Shown here: one piece after another, positions 14,174-27,066 of the stretch
Position numbering within the stretch: the stretch's first letter is position 1
How the letters are laid out: every line of letters begins with the position of its first letter
Source: Amphiscolops sp. MND2022
Lineage: Eukaryota
NCBI GenBank assembly: GCA_964187785.1
Contig: OZ076409.1
Coordinates: 93,250,001-93,314,000 of the forward strand
Length of the DNA: 64,000 nucleotides
Direction of reading: 5' to 3'
The notes under the pieces: model-generated
The model's input: the letters and a program-made list of their open reading frames with translations, nothing else
Databases searched by the model: none
What the model was told of the DNA's origin: nothing
Program-made: the position numbers and the translations under genes

Positions 14174-14601
14174 CAAGCCAGGAAAGGCCCAAGTCGGCAC
14201 CAGATCTAAGGCTCAAACTAGCAAAAGACTTCAAAGTGTCAAAGTATTTTCTTCTACAGTACCCGAAAAATCCAAAAGTTGGACCGAATTGGCGCACCAG
14301 AGATTTTTCATCCATACTGTCGCAAATCATCAAAAACATTGAAAGGGGACCCTTCGGTGAAAAAATTTTTGAAAAAAATCACAATGCCGAAAAAAAGCTG
14401 GAAAGCCTTAAATCTCGTCCAGTTTTGTATGTTTTGCTAAAAATGGAACGACTCTAATAGTCCAGTTCCCTAGGCCAAAATGTGCAAAGGCGCCTTAAAC
14501 TTTTGGTAGAACTTTTTTGTTCACTTCAGTTGTATCGAAAAAAACACTGACGCGAAAAGCCATGACTATAGTCGACACTTCTCTTTAAAAATGCCAACTA
14601 A
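14174..14601. mobile_element. Helentron/HINE-like non-autonomous repeat (copy)
   Basis: CAAGCCAGGAAAGGCCCAAGTCGGCACCAGATCTAAGGCTC ... GACTATAGTCGAC...ATGCCAACTAA; internally homologous to 58445-58930 in reverse orientation. Confidence 0.5.
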
Positions 14602-16669
14602 TCAAATATGACAGTGATTGTTACAACAGTTTCGAGAACTTTCCGATGTCTTCAAAATCAATGTTGTTTGTCTATACCGGCCAACCAAGAAATAGTTGAA
14701 TCTGCCAACTAACAGGAGCAGCAAAAGACATCAACGAGAAGGGTAAGCTTTTGAAGAAAGACAAATAATTTCATGCAGCGAAACTAGCAAAACTTCCCGG
14801 GTTCTTTTTGATTTCCTCACAAACCTAAATGAAACCTCCAAAATCCTGCAAAAATCCTTGAAATCCTTTAAACATTTGGAAACATTGGAATGTTTCCAGA
14901 ACTGGTTTCAACTAGGGTATATTAGAGTGAGCTGAAAGATTGAGGACGCTTGCGATTCGCTTAAATAAATGGAACTTCTCCAGAAAAATTTACAAGTCCA
15001 TGCAAGGTAAAGATCTTTAACTGTTGCATTTACACTGCTCGGTGATTGTTTTCTGCACTAATTTTCGAGTATTTAGTTCAAAACAATTGACAATATGAAT
15101 AAAAATGACATTTTTCGAGATTTTGTTGCTGTGAACTTGATGAGACAAACAACCAATTATTAGCCTAACACTATGTTTGTCGATAATTTATTCTTAGCGA
15201 ATTCACTTCAGTTATAAGCAAAAATGAACTTGTTTTGATTCTTTACAAAATCAATGTTGCCGTAAACACGCAATTAGCAATTCACAATCAAACAGTTGTT
15301 TAGTTAATCGTTTTCGAACAAAAACGTGGTTCAGGGGAATGAGTATAATCGTTCTATTCCATCTTTAATACCATTTTACTAATTAGATATCAGTACTTCT
15401 ATATTTTCCCCAAGCAACAAGGTTTTCTTAGCATTTCAAAACAAGTTTCTGAAGAATTTAATTTCGAATAGGAAATACGAAATTTAATTTCAAAATAGAC
15501 ATTCGAAAACTTGGCGGTGGGTTAATCAACATTCATATAAGATCTTTTCGTAAATCATTTTCATGTAAAATATAGCATATGTAAATGTGCAATCTATGTA
15601 GATGTTTTGAAACAGTTCAACTACTTTTTCAGTTGACATTAACACTTTCATTACAGCAATATCCTTTTTCAGGAAGATTTGTGCTTCACAGGAGAACAAT
15701 ATTTTGTGAATCAGCACCAAAAATTGACAATTGCGATGTTTTTTGTACGTTTTCGATAAATTAGAAGGTACATTGGTTAGGGAGCAGCCAACACGACAAC
15801 GATAATTACCTACGTTATGCTAATTCGACACGTATGGAAAACATATGATTTATAGAAGGACATTAGTATGGAAAATTTTTAATCAAAAGAATGATCAAAC
15901 TGTATGATTTCAAAGTATTTGTCTTGTATGGTAACTGTATGACTGAACTGCTTTAATATATCACCATTTGGCCCTGTAACAAAATATTGGAATGACCGTT
16001 TGACATTGAAGTTCGGAACGCCTGGTAATTTTGCGAAAAATTATCAAAAGCTGTTTTCTTCTCGAGAAAATGGCACATACAATGTTTGTCGGATGTTTAT
16101 CTTGTTTACATTCCTTCAATGTTGGAACTTCTATCACCATTATAAAACAAGTTTATAAATTATGTTTTAAAATGTGATGTATTGGATATCCACATTCAAA
16201 GTTTAAATTGCTAGCAGAATATAGTCATTGTTTACTTTTCCACATTATTCAAGATGCCCATTGCTGTTTAATTACACTCAAACTTTTTAGCACGTTTTTT
16301 ACATGAAACAAGATTATCATGAATCCGAGGATTATTGTCCTTCACCCAATAATAATGCATACACCGTAAAGTTTGTGTGAGGAATTACCAAGTGCCTCAA
16401 AGTTGGACTTTGCAATCAATTCCCAGTGTAAAAACTCTTGAACTTCTTGCCAAGATCTTGCATATTCTTACATATTCTTGTTAACTCTTGACAAGATCAT
16501 GTTTATTCTTGCTTCACACAAACCTCTTGAAACTCTTGATAGTATTTTTGGTAAGCGTCTAATCAAGAGTGTCAAGAGAATGAATAGTTGTAAAACAAAC
16601 AGCAATTTTGTTTACAAGGACTTGGCCGTTGTTCGCACTACCAGCTACACTATCATTCTTTGAAGTATT

Positions 16670-18861
16670 TGTCGAACCCTTGTTGTTGGGCCGGCTTTGA
16701 AGGACCTCTCGGGCTAGATGGCTGCGATTCGCTACTGTTCTTGCTTACAATCGCCATCATTAAGTCCTTCAGTTGACTAAATTCTTGATGTAACTCACTA
16801 ATTCGGCGTTCGTAACTCTCTTTCATTTCAGACAACTGAGAAGAGATATCCGAACTGTCGTTGGTGTCAGAATCATTCGAGTTTGACTGGGCCATGTTTG
16901 GATCAGCAGGAGATTCTATGTCTGATGAGGAATCAATAATTCTGCCGCTTCTGAGTACCGTTCCTTGGTCCTGATTCATATAGATAAGTGAAAAGATTTG
17001 TGAGTGAGGACTGGATTTTCGGAGATGTTATTTGGATGTATTTTACTGTTTTATATCTGATTATGCGATCTGGAATTCACTAATCTTGAACTGAGATGAG
17101 TTAGAGATGAGTCGTACAAATAAGCAAGTATCCAGTGATTAGAAGGAAATAGCAAAGGTAGATAGGAAAGTTCATCCTGTTTTCATCACGGTGTAGATTT
17201 ACCAAAGAAATTACTCAGGTATACGTGTTATAGTTTTCAGAGATGAATTAAGGATGTATTTTCAAGTAGAATTCTGGCGTGAAGTATCCAACTGGACGGT
17301 AACTTATCGTAATTCGGTCTGAGTAATCTCTAATGGCGGCTTAAACTACAGCAGTTCACGTGTCTTTTCAGGCTGGTAAGACGCTAAATCACTTACCAGC
17401 CTCTTCTCATTGGCTACTGCCGGTTGGTGCTAAATGGTAAGTCACGTGACCGGTGTTGTGAACTGCCGCAGTGTGGCCACGCATCATGATCAATCTACAT
17501 ACGTATAAATGGTTGTTAATCATCACTTTACAGTGTCGCAATTGCCTGCACATACCACAATGGTCTCTATAGCAAGGAAAATGAGTTCAAAGGATTCAAT
17601 AGCACACTGATTGCAAGTCAAATTAAGGTAAAATGCATTGCGAGATAGGAAAACGATGTTTTCCAGTTGATTCTAGCACTAAAATCGATGTTCTGAAATT
17701 GAGGATGGATATGCAATGAAATGTAGTCTTTCTCGCCCAAAAATCAACACTATTTAAATGGCGATGGTAAAGGGATGAACTTCCTCTATAAATTACCAAT
17801 TTCCAGCACAAACTAGATTGACGATGAATTTAGGATGGATTCATTCGATAAACTCCTAGCTCTAGCGCAAATTAAATCAGAGATGAGTTTAGGATGAACT
17901 CATTAGATAAAACAGCAATTTTCAGTGCAAGTCAAATTAGCGATGAGTCTGGGATGAACTCAACTAATAAAGCAGTAAATTCTAAGGCAAATCGAATTAG
18001 CGATGAATTTGGGATGAACTCGCCTACTAAAACGGCAAATTCCAGTTCAAATAAAATCGGGATGGATTAAGGATGAATTTACCAAACGAATCAGACAAAT
18101 TAGCACATTCACTCTTCTTGGATGAGTTAGGGATGTACTTTCTCATTTTTCTTTCTGTTTTACTAGTTATGCGTTGAATAAGGGATGCGTTACTGTCCTT
18201 AAGAAATGAGAAGCACATTGGAAGTTTCTAAATGAAATATATCGATGAAATTAAGATGAAGTTACTAAAATAAGGTCCCATAAAATCCGCTGATGGATTG
18301 GTGATGAAAATCAGTTTAAGGTCCCAATCGTCGTTCACCCGCAATTTCGGAGATGAAATTGCGATGAACTTCATTCAAAATAGCTCCAAATTAACTCCGC
18401 TGATGGATCTGATGAAATCGCCAGTCAAATTGGTTTCATCGTTGAATCCGCTGATGGACTAACAATGAATTTTATGAAAGTGTTGTCACGACTACAAGTC
18501 CTGAGGCGGGGAGCTAGTAGAAGTTACACATTTCATCATTTTTTCAATATCTCTCGGTCCAGTCTGACCGGAAAACTTCTCTCCCTTGTCGTGACAAACC
18601 AACATTTTTGAAATATAGCACATTCAAGGCCATTGACAAGATCATTTATGCGGACACCGGAACTAGAGCGCTCAGTATTAAGTAAATATATATAACTCAA
18701 ACTCATGGGGGAATGGGGGGATTAAGTACAAGTAACGTAGGGTTGCTCACAACCATGGCTCTTATTATATGACATCATATTGCCCATATCTAAGTACATA
18801 AGACATAATATTTACATTACAGATTTTTAGTAGATTATATTTCCATCATGCTGGCATGACA
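16670..18861 (-). repeat. 3' LTR (~2.19 kb)
   Basis: Near-identical to 33107-35297 (about 7 differences in the first ~310 bp by eye); preceded on the minus strand by a short purine tract GGGGAG. Confidence 0.93.
17820..18140. repeat. Degenerate ~60-bp tandem repeat in the LTR (also ~34258-34580)
   Basis: GATGA(A/G)TTTAGGATGAACTC-like unit recurring at ~17822, 17882, 17942, 18002, 18061 and 18121. Confidence 0.7.
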
Positions 18862-20045
18862 CTCCCCGGTGTGGGATTTGGATTTAGAGTGCAGGGGCCA
18901 AATGTACAGAGGATGGTTGTCTCGGCGTTGGCTTCGACTGTCTCCTTCGTTCGGTTGGGGAGAAAATGTCCTTCGTTAGTTCTGAATTGGCATGTCCTTC
19001 GTTTGTTCTGTCCTATGTAAATCTTCTCTGAGAAGAGGACTTTCGGCAATCGTCATATCTGGCTTCATTCTGTGTGATTTCGGTTAAAATTTTCCGACGC
19101 GGCAACTCTAGTTCTTGGCCCATCGAATGTCCGCTGATCTGCATTTTATTGGTTGTCATGCTTTTTGACGGGAGGTCGGTCTGCTGATAGTTTCGGTGAA
19201 AGTCTCGATTTCCTGGTGAAAAGTCTTCTCCGGACCGCCTGCGCTGAGTAAACACTACTGCTAGTTTCATTGACAATTAAGCAGTAAGGTGGCGCCGCCA
19301 TTTGTCTACTAAAAGCTTCTCGGGATGAATGAACGATGAATTGTTTACTCAGCGAGGCATCGATGTTGACTTAGCAGAGACTGGCGCCGCTGTTCTGTTG
19401 CCAAATTTCCGCGATAGGAAAGAGATGAATTGTTGTCATAGCAACCACCGCTGTCGCTTCCGCTGTCTGATTTCTCGGCGATTAGAAAGAGATGAATCGT
19501 TGCCATAGCAACCACTGCTTATTCTGATTGGCTGAAAACTGAATTTTCTGACTGGAGGAAATCCAACCGATTGTCAATAACATTCTCATCCGTGAACCAT
19601 CTTCCGTTTAGTCGGTTTGAAAATCGCCACGATTTCCTTTTGCGCGTTTCCGCTCAACTTCATCGGCATCGATCTGAGACTGGCAGCTGTCAATAAATCA
19701 AATACTTGAAGCTTTTGTAGTCAAGTCCTAAGAGTGGACGATCCATTTTTCTGAGAAGTTTTGAACTGGTTGTAACTGGGAAGAAAGAGTGTAGTTAGTC
19801 TTAGAAATCGGAGAGTTTTCATCGATTTTTCATCGTTTGAATTCAAGTATTTGATTTACTCTGGCATTCAAGCTGCATTTGCGCTCTTTGATATTTTCCT
19901 CGTGAATTTGTTTCCTCGTAATCATGGTTAATCAGGCCATTTAATTACTGATCAAATTCTTGTCCTGAGTTCTTCGATTTCGTTCCTTCCTTCACTCCCT
20001 TCCATTCCTTTTCAGATTGTTGCTTGTGATTCCTTCGAACTCAAG

Positions 20046-23000
20046 ATGTCAGATCTCCACTTGGCCCATTCATTACCGGATATCGAGGCCGCAGAAGGTG
20101 AGTGCACTATTTTCTTTTCTTTCACAAGCGGTTTAGGAACAACTAGGTACTGAAGACACACCTTGCTTTAGTTGACCCAGTCCATTTTGTCGGCACCGTG
20201 TCGGAATTCACGACGCTAGAAACTGTGCCGCCACAAGAGGTCCCAGTTGTTCAGCCAGCGATCGCTGAGCCGCAAATCGACCCTGACCTGCAGATTGGTC
20301 AGCCTGTCAACGTCCCGTATTTGCCGCAGTGTAAGTACCCTTTTCCTCCAAATTTTCAATTCAGTCCACGATTCTTTCATTTCCCATCTTCGATTCATCT
20401 AGACGCTGACTCTTTCCACTTGGTGTTTTAGACCACTTTCCTTGGTATGCCTCCCTAGGGAGTATCACCTTCGGGTGGTATGACCGCTACCTGCGGGATC
20501 TGCTGCGAGACAGTATCCAGCAATATAGTGAGTCAACAATTTCTATTTTTCTCTTCTCCAGGGCGTCGTCCGGACACTACGATGTATTTCCGATGTTTCC
20601 ATCTCATCTTCATGTAGTGCCTTTTGCGGTCGATTAGCCATGTAATTCATTCTCGAGATGAGTTTTGGATGTGCTGTATGTACTCGCAGTCCTCCGTGAC
20701 TGATTCATCGCAATTTCCATTTTTGAAGATGGATTTAGGATGAATTCTCTTTTGACCTTCTTTCTTCGCGCGACTTACGTGCACTTTCTTCTTCAAAATC
20801 TTCGTCGTTTGAGTACTGTTTCTATTTTTTCAGGCCCTACGCCGATCCATGCGCCCAGGCCTGGCCCTATTTCTTACTCCGTAGGGGTAGGGACGAGCGA
20901 TTTTGGTGCACCAGCCAGCGGTACAGAGACCCAAGGTGGGCCACCACCTCTGGAGTTATCTTCGTTCTTGAGAGATTTGCCCTTGGATGCTACTAGCTCT
21001 CCTACAGCGAGAACTCCTGTCACAGTACTGTCCCCTAACTTCAGGCAGTACTTGGAAGCTGGGTCTGGTCGCGCATCCCCTGTGCGCATTGCTCTCAGCC
21101 GAGGCACTTCTGCGCGTGTCGAGAGTGTAGATGCTGTAACCAACACTGATCTAGTGCTTGCAGACAAGGAGGTACTGGCTGTGGTAGAGGCTGTCGATGT
21201 CGCTATCGATACTGGACTTGTCCTTACAGACAAAGAAGTACTGGCCGTCGTGGGAACCTGTACTGCCTGCACCGAGTACTGTCCGCCGATTGAAACTGCT
21301 TCCGACGCCAATTTGTCAGAGTTTGTTGCCGATGTCACTGTTGCTGTTCGTCGTTCTTCCGCCAGCCTTGAGTCATTTGTAGACCCACCTGATGACTTCA
21401 CTGTGGATGAGTCATTGGTTGCTGGTTCAGAGCCTGATGACGTTGGTCCTGCGCTAGAAGGTGAACCAGAGGCGACTTCTCCAATGGGACCTAGTCTCAT
21501 TGACTCCGATGATGAGCCAATTGCCTCTCATTTGCCAGGTTACCTAAACAGCTTCAAAACCTGTGAAGTATCTGATCAACGATTCCTTCCATTCATTTTC
21601 TCTTTTCGTTTTCCATTTTCACTAGCAATTTAGATTTTTGTCTTTTCATCTATTTTCCATCGTTTTAAGTCTTTTTACTTGTTCGGTCCATTTCTTCGAA
21701 CGTTTTCCACATTTTTCATCTTTTCCTCATCGTCTAAGGTTTTTAAACGTGGTGTTTTTCTTTCTTTCCGCTTTCTTGTCATTTTTGCTACTTTTCATCT
21801 CTTTTACATCCTTGGAATTTTTCCCTTTCGGTTTTAGCTGTTCTTTCGTCATTTCTTTTCGGTTTACATCTCTTTTTCATCGTTAAGTTGTTCTTGCTCT
21901 GATTTGTCTCAATTTTGGTTCAAAAGCCGTTTTATCCATCTCTTTTTCATCCTTCGAGTTTTTTTGTCTCTAAAAGTTTCAATTTTCTTTCTGGATGTCT
22001 GCAAACACATCTCTTTTTCATTTTTCCGTTTTTTTCGTTTTTTCGCTTATATTTCCTAATGAAAATTCTATTTTACATCATTTTTTCATCACTCCGGGGG
22101 AGCTTTTAGAAGTTTTCATTGGATTTTCGAGTTTTCGTTTTCTGAGGATGTGTAGAAGATGAGTTTTACAATTTTTTTTCACTTGTGATTTCAGGGAGGA
22201 AGATTCTAAAGGCAACGTGGTTTAACCACGCCTATTGTGGATTGGCGCTCGGTTTTGCAAAGGACCATCTGACGCGCGACTCGTACGTGAGGTGTCTGCT
22301 TTGTAAGCAGGACGTAAAGATAGCCAGTCGTGGGATCACAACGTTCTACGAGCATTGTTGGGGGGTCAGACACTACCGACTGGACAGCTTGACACGTTTA
22401 CGAAGGAGCTTACCATTGCGTAGACGAGATGGGACTCTGATGTCGGAGGCGGAGTCCGCAGCGTTCGCTTTAACAATGGCTGGCGAGAGTGTTCCTCAAG
22501 TCGAAGTCTGTCCTGACACGACTGTATTAGAGGCGCTACAGATCGAGGCGGAAGGCGGTTCTGTGTGGCGCGATGGATCTGAAGTTTCAGAGGATTGACA
22601 GGTCGAGAGTGTGCGACCCTTCCTGTGTTTGGTTGTCGATGCGATGTACCGTGATTGTGACTTTCCCAGCGTGCGGTACCTCTGGGATTTGATCGTCGCG
22701 TCAAATCGTCAACATTCGTCGCTGTTCGGCGCAGGTTGTCAGGATTCGGATGTTCTGGTAATTCTTTTACGATTATATGTATTATATGTTTTGCATGTTA
22801 CATGTAGGTGTGATCGTAAGATGCTTTAAGTGTGAACTTGTGGAACCGGTTATTATAATGTGACGTGGAAAACTTGTTATGTAGATGACACGGTGTTTTG
22901 ACTCAGAGATACTAGTGCATTATGTAAATGTGTTTCATATTTGAGTTTTTTCGTTTGTTTAGAGTGTGGTGTTGCTGGGGCTATGGCCGTATGTAATGCG

Positions 23001-24837
23001 GCGGGTGATGGGGCTGTGGTGCGAGACGGAGTACCATAGCTTCAGCATCACTAATGTAGCAGACAAAGTGGTCGGTACTTTGACGGTCTGCACTCTGGAA
23101 GGGCCAGTCAGCTATATCCTGTTCTCTCTGACATATGGACAAGCGTGGGAGCAGGAAGTTGTTGCATGGACGACTAATCTGCTGTGTTGTCGCGTGGGGC
23201 AAATGGTGCCTGTGGGCATCAATTGTGGCCTATTGCCAAGGGTGGAGGCTGCTTTGTGTTCTTCTTCTGGTCTTCAGGCTGTTGCTCTGGTACCACTCAA
23301 GCTCAGTGACTTGAATCAGTGCCTGGTGGACGTTAGTGTGAGGGTGATGGGAGGGACTGATCTTCATTCAATCCTAAACCATCTTCATGCTAGGTTGAAG
23401 GAGTTCGCTCGTGATCCGATTCTGTTGGCTTGCCCGAAATTATTGGAGGTAATTATACAGTTTAGTTCATCTAATGTGTATCTCTCTGAGATCAGGCGTT
23501 TTGATTAATTTTGTATCTGGGTCGGAGTTGAGAGTAGTGATTTGCTGATAATTATATGTATTCTTAATGTTTCAGTCTGTTCTTGCTGTTGAGGTGACAC
23601 TCTGGGATGTGTCCGAAGTCCTCACAGAGCTATATACCAATTGGGCAGAGATCTCCTGTCTCTTACGCGTTGCCAGTAGTTCGGGCGTCATTGATTCCTT
23701 GGACTTCGTTCTCTGTGGGGACCCAAGTGTGTCACTCCGTCTGCATGCACTGGCAATCGTTTTTCGTGCGAGTATGTACTAATTGTTTTATAGACTAGGA
23801 TTTCTTGGGTGTGGGTTTTGGTTGATTTTACAGTTGTACCATATAGGGGTCGGTTTGGGGTGTAAATATTATGTACATATTTTTGTAATTTGTGTTTTGT
23901 TTTAGTGGTTACATCGTTTCGCTGGAGTTTTTGCAGCAATGGGCTCAGAGGCTGTCACTGGGCCTACGAGAGTTCCTGTTTCATCCGTTCAATCCTGTTG
24001 CGTTTGTTTGACGATGAAGACCTGCCTGCTGAGACTAATGTACGAGCCTGTCTGGGTTTGGATGTCGACAGTCTTGTGGTCTCTGAAGCGAAGCTGGCCG
24101 CGCTCTACGTGAGGAGTTTCTGGTGCACCTTGGTGACTTTGAGGGGCCAAATGCTTTTGACGAGCATGTTGCCATGGTCAGAAATTTCTTGCTGGTGCTG
24201 GTGGAACCAATCTTGAACTGTCACGGGATGAAGGAGGCCGTGACATTCCATGTGAGCTTGTGTTGTCCGGCTGTGTTGCTATATGGTGAAACTGCTGTAC
24301 TTACAAATGAGGTGGAACAATTTACCGACTTGCTGATGGATCTTCGGAAGATCAAAATCTCCGAGAAGCGACGTCTGGATGATAGTTTCAGAACATTTTT
24401 AGCTAACTACCGGCGTGATGCAACTGATGTCGCTATTGGCAGCTGTAGTTCGGCTGCAGATATTCTTCGCGCATGTGACACTGCATTCGCAACGCTTGTT
24501 TCGCTTCCTCATGTGTCTGAGTGGGAGTCCTCTCTTCCCTGCTAGTCTGAGCTGTGTGAGTGTGGGGTTATTGCGCAGAAGTGTTACCAGCAGTGTATGT
24601 GCTAGTATTTTAAGTTTCTTGAAAGACCATTGCATTCGTCACTTTGATAGCGTTAGTGATCCCCTGTTGGAGGAAATCGGCGACGCAATGAGTCGGTTCA
24701 CTGTCTTATCGGAGATGACAGAGGATATGCTATGGGACGATGTTGGAATCTTAGCAGATGAAGCGTATCGCCAAGACTTGTACCGCCTGATGGGCTTCAC
24801 TCCGGAGGGAGAACGGGCCCCTAGTCCGGAAATTTAG
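20046..24837 (+). pseudogene. 8-exon antisense cargo gene within the Gypsy element; zinc finger plus putative degenerate hAT-transposase-like body; this copy is disrupted
   Basis: Exons 20046-20097, 20172-20330, 20432-20527, 20834-21538, 22195-22757, 22963-23448, 23576-23771, 23906-24837; all introns GT-AG with matching phases. Encodes CLLCKQDVKIASRGITTFYEHCWGVRH (C2H2 finger of the type at hAT N-termini). In-frame TGA at 22596-22598; frameshifts near ~24115 and ~24485. Confidence 0.75.
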
Positions 24838-27066
24838 ACTTGCAGCTTGTAGTTACTTTGATTTGTATCAATTAGTGTGTATTTATTATTTAGTGTTTTG
24901 ATTATATTACAGTACATTTTAATGTAAACATGGGCGAACCAAAGTGAAAAGGAAATGTTTGTGGGTGGGTATTGACAAGAAAAATAAAGCTGCGTCGGAC
25001 AAAACGGTGGCATAGTTGTGTAGGTTAATGAAATATTTGGTGCCCGAAATTGTTTTTCTTTTGAGTCAGTAGTAGTAGAGACTCTAGGTAGTGGAAATTT
25101 GTGTTTCATAACTTTCGTAGTTTAATAGGTTACGTCATTTATATTTTCGAGTTCTAGCAGTCATCACTATCACATCTCTTTTTTAATTTTTGTAATTTTT
25201 ATGATTTTTGTTACTGTGTTCATCGTTATTACATCTCGTGTGAGTGTAGTGAATTTATCAGCTATTTGTTTTTGATTTTTTATCTCATTTTCATCGTGTT
25301 TTCCTCAGTCGACCGAGCGACGTCGCGAAAACTGTTTTCTTCATCTTTTTTACATCGTCTGTTGCGTGAAAATCATTGCATGTTGTTACATGAAAATTTT
25401 CTGCAAAGTTCATCGCCTTTCATCGCGAGTTTGAATTGGGACATTCTACATGTTCTCTGATATAGGGCATCTTCCGTTCATCTTATTTTTTGAATATTCA
25501 GTGTTTTGCATGTTTCTGTTTTAAGTTTATGGCATCGTGTGTTTTCGTGTGCTCGTTGTTTCCGTTATTTCATCCTTTAATGGGTTTCCCCATTATTTTA
25601 CTTGTCGCTTTGTTTTCGTTGGAACTTCCAATTAATTCGTCACAAAGCCCCTACAAAACTAACTGAGAATTCACTATCCGCTGGATAACCAACGCAGCTA
25701 GCTTCATCCGAAAATGGTTGTGAGCTCCCCGCCTCAACCAACCAGCACTCTTTTCAGAGAAATTCCAGCCAGCACGAAGGAATGATTTCGGTCTTTGGCG
25801 AGGCTATTTTAATTTTTCTAATCGGATGTTGTTAGGAGTTGCTCTTTCCATTGTTTCAATTTGTGTTACTCTTGGAATTCCCACTACGTTGCATGAGTTT
25901 TAGTAAGATAGATGTTTCTTCAATTGTATGGTTCGCTGATTGTTATGTGAGTTTACATCGGTTATGTGTGAATTGCATATATTATCTCTTTCGTTATAGA
26001 AGGATACATGTGTTTTTCATTGATATGCTGTTCGTTTAGGTACATGTAATTTGGAAGTGTCTGTTTACCAACGTTACGTCATTCAGTTGTATGGCGTGTA
26101 TGTGTTTACATGTAATGGTCATTTAGCGGAGTTGATTGAGTTATATTGTCATCTTGCATGAAATTCATCGCCTGCTCATCTTTTTGTTCGTACCAAGGCT
26201 GACTTTCCCATCACAAAGACATCTTTTGTGAGTAGTTTTCATTTGTATTTTAAATTGGACTGAGTTCATCGCTCTTTCATCCTCTAACCAAGCCAGAGTT
26301 TTGTGTCAGTCAGACGATGAATTCAGTCTCGAGTTGATGGTAAAACCCATCGCGATTACATTCCTTTAATTGTTTCCCGTGTTTGCAAGGTATTTTTGAT
26401 TGAGTTCATCGCTATTTCATCCTCTAGCCGAGCTAGAGTCTTATGATAGCATGAACGTGATTGCATTAGTGTTCTGATGGTATTTCCCATCTCAAACGCA
26501 TCGCTAGTAAGTATTGCATGTTTGTAAGGAGTTATTTTGCTAAATTCATCAGTTTTTCATCTCCCGTTTGGATTATATGAATTTTCATGAGAGTTCATCC
26601 TTTTTTCATCTTTGATTTTTTATCATTTGATTTTTAAGGTTTTTTCATCGTTATTCATCCGTTTTACATCGTGTTTCGTTTTGGTGTGTTTTTCATGTGA
26701 TTTTTAGTGACTGTTCATCCATTTTACATCTTCATGTTCGTATTAACTTGAAATTGCATGTAATTTGTTCGTTTTTGTGACTTGTTCATCCTTGACACAT
26801 CGTGTGTTTTTCGAAATGTTGTTTTTATTGTCTAAATCGTTACGTCTACGTTGTTGGTCTTTCTCAGTGCGTTTCTAGCGAAAGTAATCTCATGAATGAG
26901 GAAATCAGGATATGTTTTCGGTGTAGGGTTCTCGCGTATTCTGTACCTACTCTGATTGTTTCTAGACGGTCTAGAACTCATCCTTTCCTCATCTTCAGTT
27001 TGCGTGTTTGTCTGTTGTGATCGATTTTCGTGTTGTTCGTCTCTCAGAGGTAATCTTATCCTGCTT

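Noticed and set aside
20874..21500. 208-aa minus-strand ORF as an env or sense accessory gene
   Set aside because: Shadow of the plus-strand exon, which has proper splice sites; no signal peptide, furin site or TM anchor seen.
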